IMG/VR virus record: IMGVR_UViG_3300031949_001709
Coordinates: 1 to 41,648 of that record
Reading direction: 5' to 3' (one strand)
DNA from: a virus
Lineage: Duplodnaviria; Caudoviricetes
DNA: 41,648 nt
The position numbers and the translations under genes were made by a program. The notes under the pieces were generated by a model that had not been told where the DNA came from, did not search any database, and saw nothing but the letters and a program-made list of their open reading frames with translations. Shown here one piece after another: positions 33,701-41,648 of this stretch. Positions within the stretch are counted from its first letter, which is position 1. Each line of letters begins with the position of its first letter.

Positions 33701-34575
33701 GGCCGCAGTACGGGACGCAGTGGCTCGTCAAGGCGTCCCTCTGGCGCTACCTCCCGCAGTTCCGGGCCGTGCGCGAGTTCATGCAGATGGACGGCATTCT
33801 GACCGACGTGCCTAAGTTCGAGGTGGAGCCGCAGTTCTTCCGCGACCTGTACCCGAGGGTGCAAACGGCCCTCGGGTGGACATTCGCGCGGTCAGAGCAG
33901 AACAACCGGGGGAAGGTTTACACGGCGGGCTTCCTAAAGACGCTCCACGAGACGGCCGGTGACGTGAAGGCCGGGCGGCTCACCCCCGAGAAGCAGATCA
34001 TCGAGGCCCGCCGCAGCGCCCGCGACCTCGTGAACCAGACGCAGTTCCGGGGCGGCAGGCTTCACACGCCCATGTTCGGGCAGCTCCCTCTCGCAGGGCT
34101 CGCCTTCCAGTTCAAACAGTTCGGGACGAAGACGGCCGAACTTTTCTGGGGCGACATGACGAAGCCCGAGAAGGTCCAGTTCATCGGCACGCTCGTCATG
34201 CTGGCCGGCCCCGCCGCCATTCCCATCCTCGGAGCCTTCGACCCCGAGAACGACGAATGGCCGAGTCTGGCGAAGGTGGCGGGGGTGAACCTCTCGGACC
34301 AGTACGGCCTTTCAATCATGGGCGTCCCGCGCGACCTAAACACGCTCGGGGACTTCATGATCGGCCCATTCTACGGAGACGTAGCGCACGGAGGTGAGAA
34401 CATCGGGAAGGCTGCGAAGGCCGGTATCGCAGGTGAGTATGACGAGGAACAGACGCGGCGGCTTATCCGCTCAGGCACGCGGTTCCTTCCGGCTGGGGCG
34501 CAGATCAACCGGCTCATGAACCCGGACGCTTCCGGGATGGAGCGGCTATTCGGAACGCAGTTCACGCAGAAGTAG
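30727..34575 (+). CDS. Large ejection protein with N-terminal lytic-transglycosylase-like domain
   Basis: 1282 aa; AERS...AVSPAGARSPYQI...TF...AAVYNSG; C-terminal LVNQTQF...FQFKQF motif of large internal virion proteins. Confidence 0.8.
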   Translation: MTDTFSQTWDSVRPSLDYERVVDALKAAERSAYDAVSPAGARSPYQIIQPTFHGIRRLRPDLPEIQFSDLSKKENEPVARQYAKAIVEDIASRSPDPKDIAAVYNSGKTARNAPASIQTDYIPRFLSALRAAVSPSEAQAADPGSFDAAWDAAPSKASDFDAAWGTAPGADPVSLVNAAQRKADVERTAGILAELRKRNVIAPHEQVSDEEQRAIAESFQRGMQSPMLGAIFESGAGRLATKATTSVAGLFGPEKAAEWQLTEASREAYNLGREMAASEGGVGTALGAGAFRIGPDIGLLRAVPGVSSFLSLPTLGAGTAALTPGATPESVGMGALEGLEAAAAFGLAGKAGQVLAPSGLIGRATQVGLQGLAGEELARIHGAEPEERVAQGLLGGFFGLQSPVVPELGAIPMRQRPAALLRGTSPASMEGAQSIEIGQRILGQGADVRAAQARTSNISALPTAVTQASEGLRAIFGQPPEEQPRVEYPSQNPRWLRASPSPEPAAERAASQSQVETFLKGGKKAAPTEPPSMADIHLSMQMAANAKAVKGEPNHAYMDPIISKDLIIRRLTPEARAAMNAGLLPDGTAKQIIASAASPKSSGRQTIETMMLIDGRTVVPSGYEGAILPAAGELYVDRLGPADVAAVWDLSPQTIRDLSVGRREIGSPERAFKQHPLTRALFDVLDRRIDPAARYLAEKWLGAEAAAWGNKEPAEADVQVVNRVLDGKSDAKVFIQGRPDLMEVVGKLRSIYNEVATVFPEAITPERNIGEYFPHMTLAPNADGNLVPVHNIADLPVDVKAMIPKKKFLGSIDKDRTVLDPTFLDYGRETTRIYLRMAARKAAWDQMGGTEVAQTVDLLRSKLGADHSVYKYTRDFVVNYLGRNREMQNRIAERALERLRTNTIALADADPKTLSLLKRGVRMVAKGAVRSGAMENTVFAPLPVTRFGELARTIEYNSKIGGNFNISMINSVQPWTHALPKLSTSRAGKYLGPQYGTQWLVKASLWRYLPQFRAVREFMQMDGILTDVPKFEVEPQFFRDLYPRVQTALGWTFARSEQNNRGKVYTAGFLKTLHETAGDVKAGRLTPEKQIIEARRSARDLVNQTQFRGGRLHTPMFGQLPLAGLAFQFKQFGTKTAELFWGDMTKPEKVQFIGTLVMLAGPAAIPILGAFDPENDEWPSLAKVAGVNLSDQYGLSIMGVPRDLNTLGDFMIGPFYGDVAHGGENIGKAAKAGIAGEYDEEQTRRLIRSGTRFLPAGAQINRLMNPDASGMERLFGTQFTQK

Positions 34576-34584
34576 GAGAGAGAT

Positions 34585-34905
34585 ATGAGAAAGCGCGGCT
34601 TGGCATTCTGGATCACGTTCACGCTCGTCATGGGCTACTGGCTCGGCGTCTCGTTTGCGGGCACTCCGAGTGCGGTCCTTTCCTGCACGAGTAGCGACTC
34701 ATTCATCCCGTGGCCTGTCAAGGGCTTTGCGGCGTGCGTCTCGACGGGAACGGCGTATTTCAACTGTGGCGCGGCGGCCACGACAAGCATGGCCCCCCTG
34801 CCGACCTGCCCTGCGGGTATTTCATGGGAAACATCTACGCCTTGCGATACGGCTCACTGTATAAGCGACAGCACGGCAACTGTTTATCTCTACGGAGGAA
34901 ACTGA
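34585..34905 (+). CDS. Small Cys-rich protein with a Sec-type signal peptide
   Basis: MRKRGLAFWITFTLVMGYWLGVSFA then a ~80-aa mature region with six Cys. Confidence 0.7.
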   Translation: MRKRGLAFWITFTLVMGYWLGVSFAGTPSAVLSCTSSDSFIPWPVKGFAACVSTGTAYFNCGAAATTSMAPLPTCPAGISWETSTPCDTAHCISDSTATVYLYGGN

Positions 34906-34906
34906 A

Positions 34907-36946
34907 ATGAAGAAACTCCTTTCAGCGCTGCTCGTCGCGGCGCTTCCATTCGTGACTGGAGCAGGTGCCTCACTGACTGGAGGCTCCTCCTCCGTTCCGA
35001 ACATACTCAAGGTGTGTTCGTCAGGAACGCCTTATCAGACACTTCAACAAGCCATTGGTTCACTTCCAATTCCAATCGGTGAGCCTATAGAGGCGGGGTA
35101 TCAAAGTGATGCCACTATAACACTACACAAGATTACTACAGACGGAATAGGAGACGCACTTTTCTTCTCAAGTTCAAGTATTCTTGGTCACCCAGCGACT
35201 GCACCTGCTGATACAGTAAACTTTACTGCAAAGAAGACTGGTAGCCCTGTAGGAAACCTTCGAGTTCGTATATGTAAAATTGATGGAAGCGGTGTCCTTC
35301 TTATATGTGCATCAACGTCGGGTCTTCCAGGTGGCGGTATTTTGGCTAGTTCAACTGTAGCTGCGTCTTCAATAGGAACTGCTGGACTTGAGCTTGTCTC
35401 AAAGGTACTTGATGCTACTGTGTATGGTAAGGCAGCAACTCCGCAGGATTGGGGCATTGTAATAGACGGAGATGATATATACGATACAAACGACTTTACA
35501 GAGGGCACAGGCGACTACATTGAAGTTGGTATATACTCTGGAGGTACATCAGAGAGAACAGCCGCGAGCGGCACTACGGGTAGTGACGACGGGGAACCGT
35601 ACTATGACCCCGCAGGTACTCTTGCAGGTCCGATGATCGCTAATGTAACATCGTCTACGTTTAGTGAAACTACTGCTAATGTTATAAGTCTGTGCCCAGG
35701 AACATACGAAATTTTTGATGACCTTATCCCTCCACACACTGCTATAGTCTCAGAAGGGCGTTCTGGTATACTACATTCAGCAAACAACGACGCTGGTTCT
35801 TTTGCGTTTAATTACATGGGAGACAGCAGGCTGGACTCTATCGTTGTAACAAACGCACCAAGAAGCACGGCACGGTATACTTGGCGTGGTGAACAGCGTG
35901 TGTTTAGACTGAACGCAGCTACGTCTACGGCGTCCACTTCTATAGTAACAAAAAGTATAAACTCTGAGGGGGATGACCTCGTAATAGGTAGTGTTGTTAT
36001 GCTTTCTGAAAGTGGGAAACCAACTACTTTTTATAGGGTTGTTACCCTTGCACATACTCAAGGTATTCCAGGAACTACTACCATAACAGCAGATCGTAAC
36101 ATACAAGCTGTTTATACAACAGCGGGTGCTTCTGTGACTACTTGGCTTCCTGCGGTGTTTAACATAAACAACAGCTTGATAGACATTGAGTTTAGAAATG
36201 TTAATTTGTCGTATGTAGGAAGTATACTTAAAATTACCAACTCAGACGTACGTGTTCCAAAGTCAGACTTTTTTACAGAGCTGCCCGCAAAAGCAACTGC
36301 CATTACTATAGGAAATAGGTTCTCTATGCGTGCAGCTATGGGTGGGTCAGCAGATGCAGAAAACGTTGTTTTAGTTAGCGGTGGCGTGTACGAAAGCCAC
36401 AATGACATACTGGAGTATAGTGGTACTGCTCCGGCATCTGTTGCAGAGTTTGTTCGAGTATCTAGTGGCTCTGCTCTAATCAGGAATATAAGTATAGCCA
36501 ACAAGGTAACGGGAGCGAACAATACTCTTGAATTTTACCACTCAGAAAATGGAGGAACAATAACAATCGACACATGCTACCTAAATCCTGTGTCTGGAGC
36601 TATTACGCCTGAGATAAACAATGTGAATGGCACTGTTGTACTCAAGAATTGCAACATGACATCCCCAACGCTTAACGGAGGAGCAACGCTCGCGCAGTTG
36701 ACCGCGAGTCCGGCATTTAGCACGCCTGTTGCCGTAGATGGTACTTCGCCTGATACTATCGCAGTTCCTGGCGCCCAAACTACAAGTGTTTGCTCCTGCG
36801 GAAGTCCAACAGCAGCATGCGCGGCTCCGGTGACCGGCATCGTCAGTGTGACCCCGGCAGCAGGGAGCGTGAGTGTGGCTTACGATACTGGTTGTACGAG
36901 CGGTGGTAACAAGACAGTTCAGTGTAAATGCGAAAAGAGTCTCTAA
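34907..36946 (+). CDS. Tailspike/pectin-lyase-like beta-helix protein with a Sec-type signal peptide
   Basis: MKKLLSALLVAALPFVTGAGA; YQTLQQAI...ISLCPGTYE beta-helix cap motifs; Ser/Thr/Asn-rich strands; six Cys in the C-terminal domain; low-GC interior. Confidence 0.7.
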   Translation: MKKLLSALLVAALPFVTGAGASLTGGSSSVPNILKVCSSGTPYQTLQQAIGSLPIPIGEPIEAGYQSDATITLHKITTDGIGDALFFSSSSILGHPATAPADTVNFTAKKTGSPVGNLRVRICKIDGSGVLLICASTSGLPGGGILASSTVAASSIGTAGLELVSKVLDATVYGKAATPQDWGIVIDGDDIYDTNDFTEGTGDYIEVGIYSGGTSERTAASGTTGSDDGEPYYDPAGTLAGPMIANVTSSTFSETTANVISLCPGTYEIFDDLIPPHTAIVSEGRSGILHSANNDAGSFAFNYMGDSRLDSIVVTNAPRSTARYTWRGEQRVFRLNAATSTASTSIVTKSINSEGDDLVIGSVVMLSESGKPTTFYRVVTLAHTQGIPGTTTITADRNIQAVYTTAGASVTTWLPAVFNINNSLIDIEFRNVNLSYVGSILKITNSDVRVPKSDFFTELPAKATAITIGNRFSMRAAMGGSADAENVVLVSGGVYESHNDILEYSGTAPASVAEFVRVSSGSALIRNISIANKVTGANNTLEFYHSENGGTITIDTCYLNPVSGAITPEINNVNGTVVLKNCNMTSPTLNGGATLAQLTASPAFSTPVAVDGTSPDTIAVPGAQTTSVCSCGSPTAACAAPVTGIVSVTPAAGSVSVAYDTGCTSGGNKTVQCKCEKSL

Positions 36947-37932
36947 TGCGCATTCACGGCTACGTCCACACACCCCAGCGCCAGGACGACGCCTGGCTTA
37001 GGGCCGTTGGCCCGATGCTGGACATGCTTGAAGTCCAGGAGGCGGCGCTGCCGCGCCTGGAACTGTTCGACCGCAAACCGAACTCCAAGCTGATCTGCTA
37101 CAAGGTCATCACATTCGGCTGGCAGGGCGCCATGGATCAACCGGCGCGGAACGCCATCTACGGCATGCCTGTGCCCGACGTGGCGTGCCTCCACCACCTG
37201 GACGGCCGGGTATGGGAGGTGCCGCACATTCCTGGACTGGCCGACTACTACGGCCCTCCGCGGCGCGCTCCAGGCACGCACCCGCTCATCGACCCGCGTC
37301 GTGACGACGTGTGGGCGATGGTTGAGGCTGAGGTGGCACGGCTGCGAGACCTCGGCTACGACGGCTGGCGCTACGACGAGATCGAGGTCGGTGGGTTCGC
37401 CCCCAGGAGCATCGACTTCGCGGACTGCCGCGAGTACGCCACGCGCGAGTCGTACCTCAACGTTCTTGAGCACCTGTGCAGGCGGATCAAAGCGCTCGGG
37501 TGGATGCAGCTTCCCTCTCTCCACAACTTCTGGGAGCCAACGCAGCGGCAGATTTGCACGGCGTGTAGTGGCATATCGGCTGAGGATTTTCCCTCCGGGG
37601 ACGGGTTGTACCAGAACTACGCAGGTTTCCCAGACGTTGAGAGGGCGCGCGCGCTGACGGGGAACCAGCGCATTTACTGGGTCAGCCCGAACAAGAAAGT
37701 CTACGCGGTAGGTACGACGTATGAGAGCCTGGAGCGGACAATCCGTGGGGTCGCGGCGCTCGGCGATTGGATGCGCCGTTCATCTCTCAAGTACGACGTG
37801 ATGTTCTTTACACGCACCGCTAAGGGTCTAGGGGCCATCACCGACTTGATCGAGAACGACGGTGGGCGGGTCTACTGGAACGTGGATGCGCTGCGGCGAT
37901 CGGACGGAACGGTAGAGGGATTGATTTCATGA
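36946..37932 (+). CDS. Putative glycoside-hydrolase-like TIM-barrel protein
   Basis: IDPR...W........LGYDGWRYDEIE, GISAEDF motifs; TAATG coupling. Confidence 0.55.
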   Translation: MRIHGYVHTPQRQDDAWLRAVGPMLDMLEVQEAALPRLELFDRKPNSKLICYKVITFGWQGAMDQPARNAIYGMPVPDVACLHHLDGRVWEVPHIPGLADYYGPPRRAPGTHPLIDPRRDDVWAMVEAEVARLRDLGYDGWRYDEIEVGGFAPRSIDFADCREYATRESYLNVLEHLCRRIKALGWMQLPSLHNFWEPTQRQICTACSGISAEDFPSGDGLYQNYAGFPDVERARALTGNQRIYWVSPNKKVYAVGTTYESLERTIRGVAALGDWMRRSSLKYDVMFFTRTAKGLGAITDLIENDGGRVYWNVDALRRSDGTVEGLIS

Positions 37933-38228
37933 ATGGCAAGGGAATATGGGTAGTCATAAGTCTATTGACTACATTAGTTTTTGCTAGCTTTGGTTTTACT
38001 CTTATGATGTATTTTTCTTCCCAAGATGCTTTGGCTGAGGCTGTAAATGATCGGAACGCTCGTATACAGGCGCTTGGGAGTGTACAAGACTCAAGGTGGA
38101 GTGCAATAGGGACAAAACTGGATCGCATTGATGAAAGGCTTGCGGAGTTTAGTGAGCGCCTGCGTAGCATCGAATGTGCACAGGGATTGCCATCTTGCAC
38201 GCCTGTTAAGTATAGACGAGAACGGTGA
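37929..38228 (+). CDS. Single-pass membrane protein with coiled coil (lysis-module accessory)
   Basis: IWVVISLLTTLVFASFGFTLMMYF then KLDRIDERLAEFSERLRSIE; low GC. Confidence 0.65.
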   Translation: MNGKGIWVVISLLTTLVFASFGFTLMMYFSSQDALAEAVNDRNARIQALGSVQDSRWSAIGTKLDRIDERLAEFSERLRSIECAQGLPSCTPVKYRRER

Positions 38229-38253
38229 AACCTGACACAAGGAGGTAGTTAGC

Positions 38254-38487
38254 ATGAGACTCAGAGGCAGAGTGGACAGTGTTACCAAGACAGGAACGCA
38301 CACGGTCGTCAACACTACGGCCGACGCGAAGGAGAAGGGTGGGTCTGGACACTTGGAGACGTTCAGCTTCCCCGGTACTTTGAGCATCTGGGTGAACGAG
38401 GGGGACAGGTCGATCGCAGAGGTCTTCCGTGATGGCATCATCATCAACTTGGACCCGAGCATCGCGGACGATCGCAACCCAAGGTGA
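38254..38487 (+). CDS. Small hypothetical protein
   Basis: AAGGAGGT RBS; GTGA coupling to endolysin. Confidence 0.65.
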   Translation: MRLRGRVDSVTKTGTHTVVNTTADAKEKGGSGHLETFSFPGTLSIWVNEGDRSIAEVFRDGIIINLDPSIADDRNPR

Positions 38488-39032
38488 AGCCTGTCGAGTG
38501 GTACGAACTTCACGGCCCCCTCGTTCGTCATGCCGCAAAGACGCACGGCCTGGACCATCGGCTCCTTTGCGCGCTCGTCCAGCATGAGTCCAAGGGGCAC
38601 TGGGATGCGCACAACCCGGAGCCGCGCTTTCACTGGCTCGTGGACGTGCGGACGTGGGAGCCGTTCCGCGTGAAAGACGGACATGGAACCCGCCTTCTCA
38701 CGCCGGCCGAAGTTCTGAGCCCCATCCCGCCCAAGGGCTGGCGCGCTCCGGCGGACTGGATTGATCCGGACGCGGAGTGGTGGGCGCAGAAGCAGTCTTG
38801 GGGGCTCTGTCAGGTGATGGGGGCCGTGGCGCGCGAGAATGGATACCACGGGCTCTTCATCCCGGGCATCCTGGACCCGGCGACGAACTTGGACCTGGGG
38901 GCGCGCATCCTGGCCGGGAAGATCGAACGGCACGGCGGGAACGTCCGGCTCGGACTGCTCGCTTTCAACGGCGGCGGGGACCTGGATTACCCGGACAAGG
39001 TGTTGAAGCACGTAGATGAGTTTCCGATTTGA
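38484..39032 (+). CDS. Endolysin, SLT lytic transglycosylase
   Basis: ALVQHES (catalytic Glu), SWGLCQVMG, NLDLGARIL, LAFNGG, YPDKV. Confidence 0.92.
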   Translation: MKPVEWYELHGPLVRHAAKTHGLDHRLLCALVQHESKGHWDAHNPEPRFHWLVDVRTWEPFRVKDGHGTRLLTPAEVLSPIPPKGWRAPADWIDPDAEWWAQKQSWGLCQVMGAVARENGYHGLFIPGILDPATNLDLGARILAGKIERHGGNVRLGLLAFNGGGDLDYPDKVLKHVDEFPI

Positions 39033-39039
39033 GGGTGAC

Positions 39040-39261
39040 ATGAAACTATGGGCCTCGCTCGTCACAACACTCGTTCTTGGAGCATGGGGCTTCTCGTACA
39101 CGGTATCCGAGCAAGAGCAGAAGCACTACGAGCAGACGCAGCAGCAAATGCAGCAAAACGCTGAGACGATCCGCATGATCGTTATCAACGAGTGTCTAAA
39201 AACGCACCCACAAGAGGAATGCTTGAAACTTGTACCACCCGCCCCGAAACCGGGGGAATGA
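39040..39261 (+). CDS. Small single-pass membrane protein
   Basis: GAGGGTG RBS; MKLWASLVTTLVLGAWGFSY; C-terminal Cys pair. Confidence 0.6.
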   Translation: MKLWASLVTTLVLGAWGFSYTVSEQEQKHYEQTQQQMQQNAETIRMIVINECLKTHPQEECLKLVPPAPKPGE

Positions 39262-39301
39262 AGGAGCGATCGTGAAAACCGTGAAGGAGTAGGGGGAGGC
39301 G

Positions 39302-39454
39302 ATGAGCATGGAGCGTGAGCGCGCTCTCGCAGAAGCCGTCGTGTCGGAGTGGGACAACCGCCGAGACCTCGATCCCAAGTGGGAGCCGGAGTCGGTGACG
39401 CTGGCGCGTGAAATCATGGTAGAATCTGCCAAGAATGAGGAGGAATCATGCTGA
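39302..39454 (+). CDS. 50-aa acidic hypothetical protein (not in ORF track)
   Basis: GGGAGG RBS; MSMERERALAEAVV...NEEESC. Confidence 0.45.
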   Translation: MSMERERALAEAVVSEWDNRRDLDPKWEPESVTLAREIMVESAKNEEESC

Positions 39455-39609
39455 GCGGATACAAGACCTACATCGCGGCGTTTGGGCTTCTGGCTACCGG
39501 CGTGGCCCGCTACCTCGGTCATGAGATCGACCTGTCCGGGCTGTTCCAGGTCATCTTCCAAGCTGCGGCGCTGGCCGGGCTCAGGGCCGGGGTGGCGTCG
39601 AAGCCGTGA
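39448..39609 (+). CDS. Probable holin, 53 aa (not in ORF track)
   Basis: GAGGAGG RBS; MLSGYKTYIAAFGLLATGVARYLGHEIDLSGLFQVIFQAAALAGLRAGVASKP with two hydrophobic segments. Confidence 0.7.
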   Translation: MLSGYKTYIAAFGLLATGVARYLGHEIDLSGLFQVIFQAAALAGLRAGVASKP

Positions 39610-39616
39610 GGCATTG

Positions 39617-39865
39617 ATGGGCTTCTGGGGAAGCGTACTTGAGTTCGGGCGAGCCTTGGCCGACGCATACACCGCTCGGAAGAAGGCGAAGGGGCCGGAG
39701 GCGGCAGAGGAGTTCGAGGATGAAGCTCAGAGGGCTCAGAAGGCTCAGACCGCCCGCGCTGTGCGCTATCTTGAGCGTGCTCTTAAGCGCCGTCGGGTGC
39801 TTGGGGCCAGTGACCGTGGTGCAGACGAGCCGCCTGGAGGCCCTGCAAAGCCGCCCAAGCGTTGA
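39617..39865 (+). CDS. Possible inner-membrane spanin (Rz-like)
   Basis: GAGG RBS; amphipathic N-terminus and helical body; overlaps a lipoprotein gene in the +1 frame. Confidence 0.45.
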   Translation: MGFWGSVLEFGRALADAYTARKKAKGPEAAEEFEDEAQRAQKAQTARAVRYLERALKRRRVLGASDRGADEPPGGPAKPPKR

Positions 39866-39962
39866 CGACTGGGACGCCTGTGAGGCGGACCGGGCCGTTT
39901 GCGAGGCGGACCTGCGGGCCTGCCACATGCTCGGGAGGAGGCTCGCGCCGTTCGTCCAGTGA
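39720..39962 (+). CDS. Lipoprotein, probable outer-membrane spanin (Rz1-like)
   Basis: MKLRGLRRLRPPALCAILSVLLSAVG-C lipobox; at the end of the lysis cassette. Confidence 0.6.
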   Translation: MKLRGLRRLRPPALCAILSVLLSAVGCLGPVTVVQTSRLEALQSRPSVDDWDACEADRAVCEADLRACHMLGRRLAPFVQ

Positions 39963-39996
39963 ACAGCCACAGGACGGACGCTGGCGGAGGAGTACA

Positions 39997-40461
39997 ATGA
40001 ACCGACGGAACGAACGGCACGGCATGGCCGGAAGCAGAATATACCGAATATGGGCCGGCATCCTTACCCGGTGCTTAAACCCAGACTCGACGATGTACTA
40101 CCTGTACGGCGCAATGGGGGTAACGGTCGCACCAGAGTGGCAGCGGTCCTTTCTGGCCTTCTACCGAGATGTTGGGGATGCCCCGTCAACGGCTCATTCG
40201 ATTGACCGAATAGACAGTTCAAGGGGCTACTTTCCTGGCAATGTGCGTTGGGCTACGCCGCGCCAGCAATCACGGAATAGTGCTAGGAACACCATGATCA
40301 ACTTCGGCGGAAAACTGGTCTGCCTAGCAGAAGCTCAGGACATCACTGGAATCCCATGGTCCACGATACGAGGTAGGCTTCGCCGTGGGTGGACCGAAGA
40401 ACTGGCTGCTACGGTCCCGCCCCATCGCACACGAACAGCCACACCAGCAGCCACAGGCTAA
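39997..40461 (+). CDS. HNH-type endonuclease (possible homing endonuclease)
   Basis: HGM...IYRIW.....RC.NP....Y..YG..GV.V..EW..SF..FY.D...SIDRID...GY.PGNVRWAT..QQ.RN; GGAGGAG RBS. Confidence 0.85.
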   Translation: MNRRNERHGMAGSRIYRIWAGILTRCLNPDSTMYYLYGAMGVTVAPEWQRSFLAFYRDVGDAPSTAHSIDRIDSSRGYFPGNVRWATPRQQSRNSARNTMINFGGKLVCLAEAQDITGIPWSTIRGRLRRGWTEELAATVPPHRTRTATPAATG

Positions 40462-40472
40462 GAAAAAGACAG

Positions 40473-40545
<73 letters not shown>

Positions 40546-40600
40546 ATAAGCGGTTCCGGCGGAAAGGCTCAAGACGCGAGGCCGTCCGCCGGAGGGGTAG

Positions 40601-40629
40601 CGAGTACCACGCAGGGCGGAGGGTGTCAA
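40601..40629 (-). promoter_or_regulatory. Probable promoter of the tRNA gene
   Basis: TTGACA-N17-TACTCG on the minus strand, about 55 nt before the tRNA. Confidence 0.5.
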
Positions 40630-40637
40630 GACAGGCT

Positions 40638-40713
40638 CGGCAGGAGCCTCGCCCTCCCATCGCAAGCACAATCCTGCCGGGTTCATGCAAAACGGCAGGA
40701 GCCTCGCCCTCCC
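40638..40713. repeat. 21-bp direct repeat in host intergenic DNA (REP-like)
   Basis: CGGCAGGAGCCTCGCCCTCCC at 40638-40658 and 40693-40713. Confidence 0.75.
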
Positions 40714-40739
40714 GGGCAGACGCGGCGCCAGCCGGAACG

Positions 40740-41648
40740 TCACCCCACCCCCGCCCTTAGAATATCGTGAATGTGGATGATGCCGAGCGGCTTGCGGCCC
40801 CCCTTCCCCGCGTCTTTCATCACGACGAGGACGGTGATCGCGTGTTCCTCCATCACGGCGAGCGCGCGGGCGGCGAGTGCGTCCGGGGCGATCCACTTGG
40901 GGTGGCGCGTCATCACCTCGCGGGCGCGGCGCTCGAAGAGATCGGGGTAGCGCTCGATCGCGCGCCGCAGATCGCCGTCGGTGATCACCCCGACGAGCGC
41001 CCCGCGGGCGTCCACGACGCAGGTTACGCCGAGCCGCTTGGAGGAGATCTCGAGCACGGCGTCCTTCATCGGTGTGTTCTCGCCGACGCTCGGGAGCCGC
41101 TCGCCGCGATGCATCAGGTCCTCCACGCGAAGGAGGAGCTTCTTGCCGAGCGCCCCGGCCGGATGAAGCAGCGCGAAATCCTCGGGCTTGAACCCCCGCT
41201 TCTCCATGAGAGCCACGGCGAGCGCGTCCCCCAGGGCGAGCGTGGCCGTCGTGCTCGCCGTCGGCGCGAGCGAGAGAGGGCAGGCCTCCTCCTTGACCGA
41301 CACATCGAGCGCCACGTCCGCCGCGCGCCCGAGCGTTGAGCGCGGGTTCCCCGTCATCGCGATGATCCGCACGCTCATGCGCCGGATGACCGGCAGGATC
41401 CGGAGGATCTCTTCCGTCTCGCCCGAGTTCGAGATGGCGATCACCACGTCGTTCGGCGTCAGTGCGCCGAGATCGCCGTGCACCCCTTCGGCGGGATGGA
41501 GAAAGAAGGCGGGGGTTCCGGTCGAGGCGAGGGTGGAGGCGATCTTCTGGCAGACGAGGCCCGACTTCCCCATCCCGGTGACGATCACCTTGCCCGCGCA
41601 GGCGTGGATCAGATCCACCGCCCTGGCGAAGGGCTCCCCCACGCGGTC
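40740..41648 (-). CDS. kdsD: Arabinose-5-phosphate isomerase (KpsF/GutQ family), N-terminus cut by the window edge; host gene
   Basis: SIS domain GMGKSG...STGTPAFFLHPAEGVHGDLG, EACPLSLAPTASTT, HPAGALGK; two CBS domains. Confidence 0.95.
   Translation of the reverse strand, partial: DRVGEPFARAVDLIHACAGKVIVTGMGKSGLVCQKIASTLASTGTPAFFLHPAEGVHGDLGALTPNDVVIAISNSGETEEILRILPVIRRMSVRIIAMTGNPRSTLGRAADVALDVSVKEEACPLSLAPTASTTATLALGDALAVALMEKRGFKPEDFALLHPAGALGKKLLLRVEDLMHRGERLPSVGENTPMKDAVLEISSKRLGVTCVVDARGALVGVITDGDLRRAIERYPDLFERRAREVMTRHPKWIAPDALAARALAVMEEHAITVLVVMKDAGKGGRKPLGIIHIHDILRAGVG

Larger units (their letters stand above)
1..40472. mobile_element. Temperate podovirus-like prophage, left end outside the window, right end at the tRNA-Phe 3' end
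   Basis: Co-oriented terminase, portal, capsid, tail, ejection and lysis genes; no tape measure or sheath gene; phage genes stop 11 nt from the 3' end of a tRNA, beyond which lies a housekeeping gene. Confidence 0.93.

Noticed and set aside
14944-39101. Long minus-strand ORFs (for example 14944-15960, 17427-18647, 19687-20766, 38091-39101)
   Set aside because: Antisense shadows of well-supported high-GC genes, with no motifs
40740-41648. kdsD as a phage auxiliary gene linked to the glycosyltransferases
   Set aside because: It lies beyond the tRNA boundary, on the opposite strand, with higher host-like GC

Overview
Positions 1 to about 40472 are the right-hand ~40.5 kb of a temperate, short-tailed (podovirus-like, P22/N4-gp56-type) prophage. 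It abuts the 3' end of a host tRNA-Phe(GAA) (40473-40545, minus strand), followed by the host gene kdsD. Gene order: many small, often Cys-rich early genes with SSB-like, HNH and PD-(D/E)XK nuclease genes; a replication initiator with internal iterons; RusA; a reverse-strand minimal tyrosine recombinase; a non-coding switch region; TerS/TerL, portal, scaffold, major capsid; three glycosyltransferases plus an O-methyltransferase; tail and ejection proteins; two signal-peptide-bearing proteins in the receptor-binding slot; lysis genes; and an HNH gene. The left att site, a full-length integrase and the repressor are not in the window. The most unusual signals are: (1) three non-coding elements sharing an 11-12 bp acceptor-like terminal helix (one ending in ACCA, one a degenerate cloverleaf), two of them inside a ~700-nt densely structured non-coding block; (2) a glycosylation/O-methylation cassette translationally coupled between capsid and head-tail adaptor; (3) a chromosomal-type parS site next to a catalytic-domain-only tyrosine recombinase; (4) Sec-signal, Cys-rich proteins where tail fibres are expected. 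All calls were made by eye from motifs; no searches were run.
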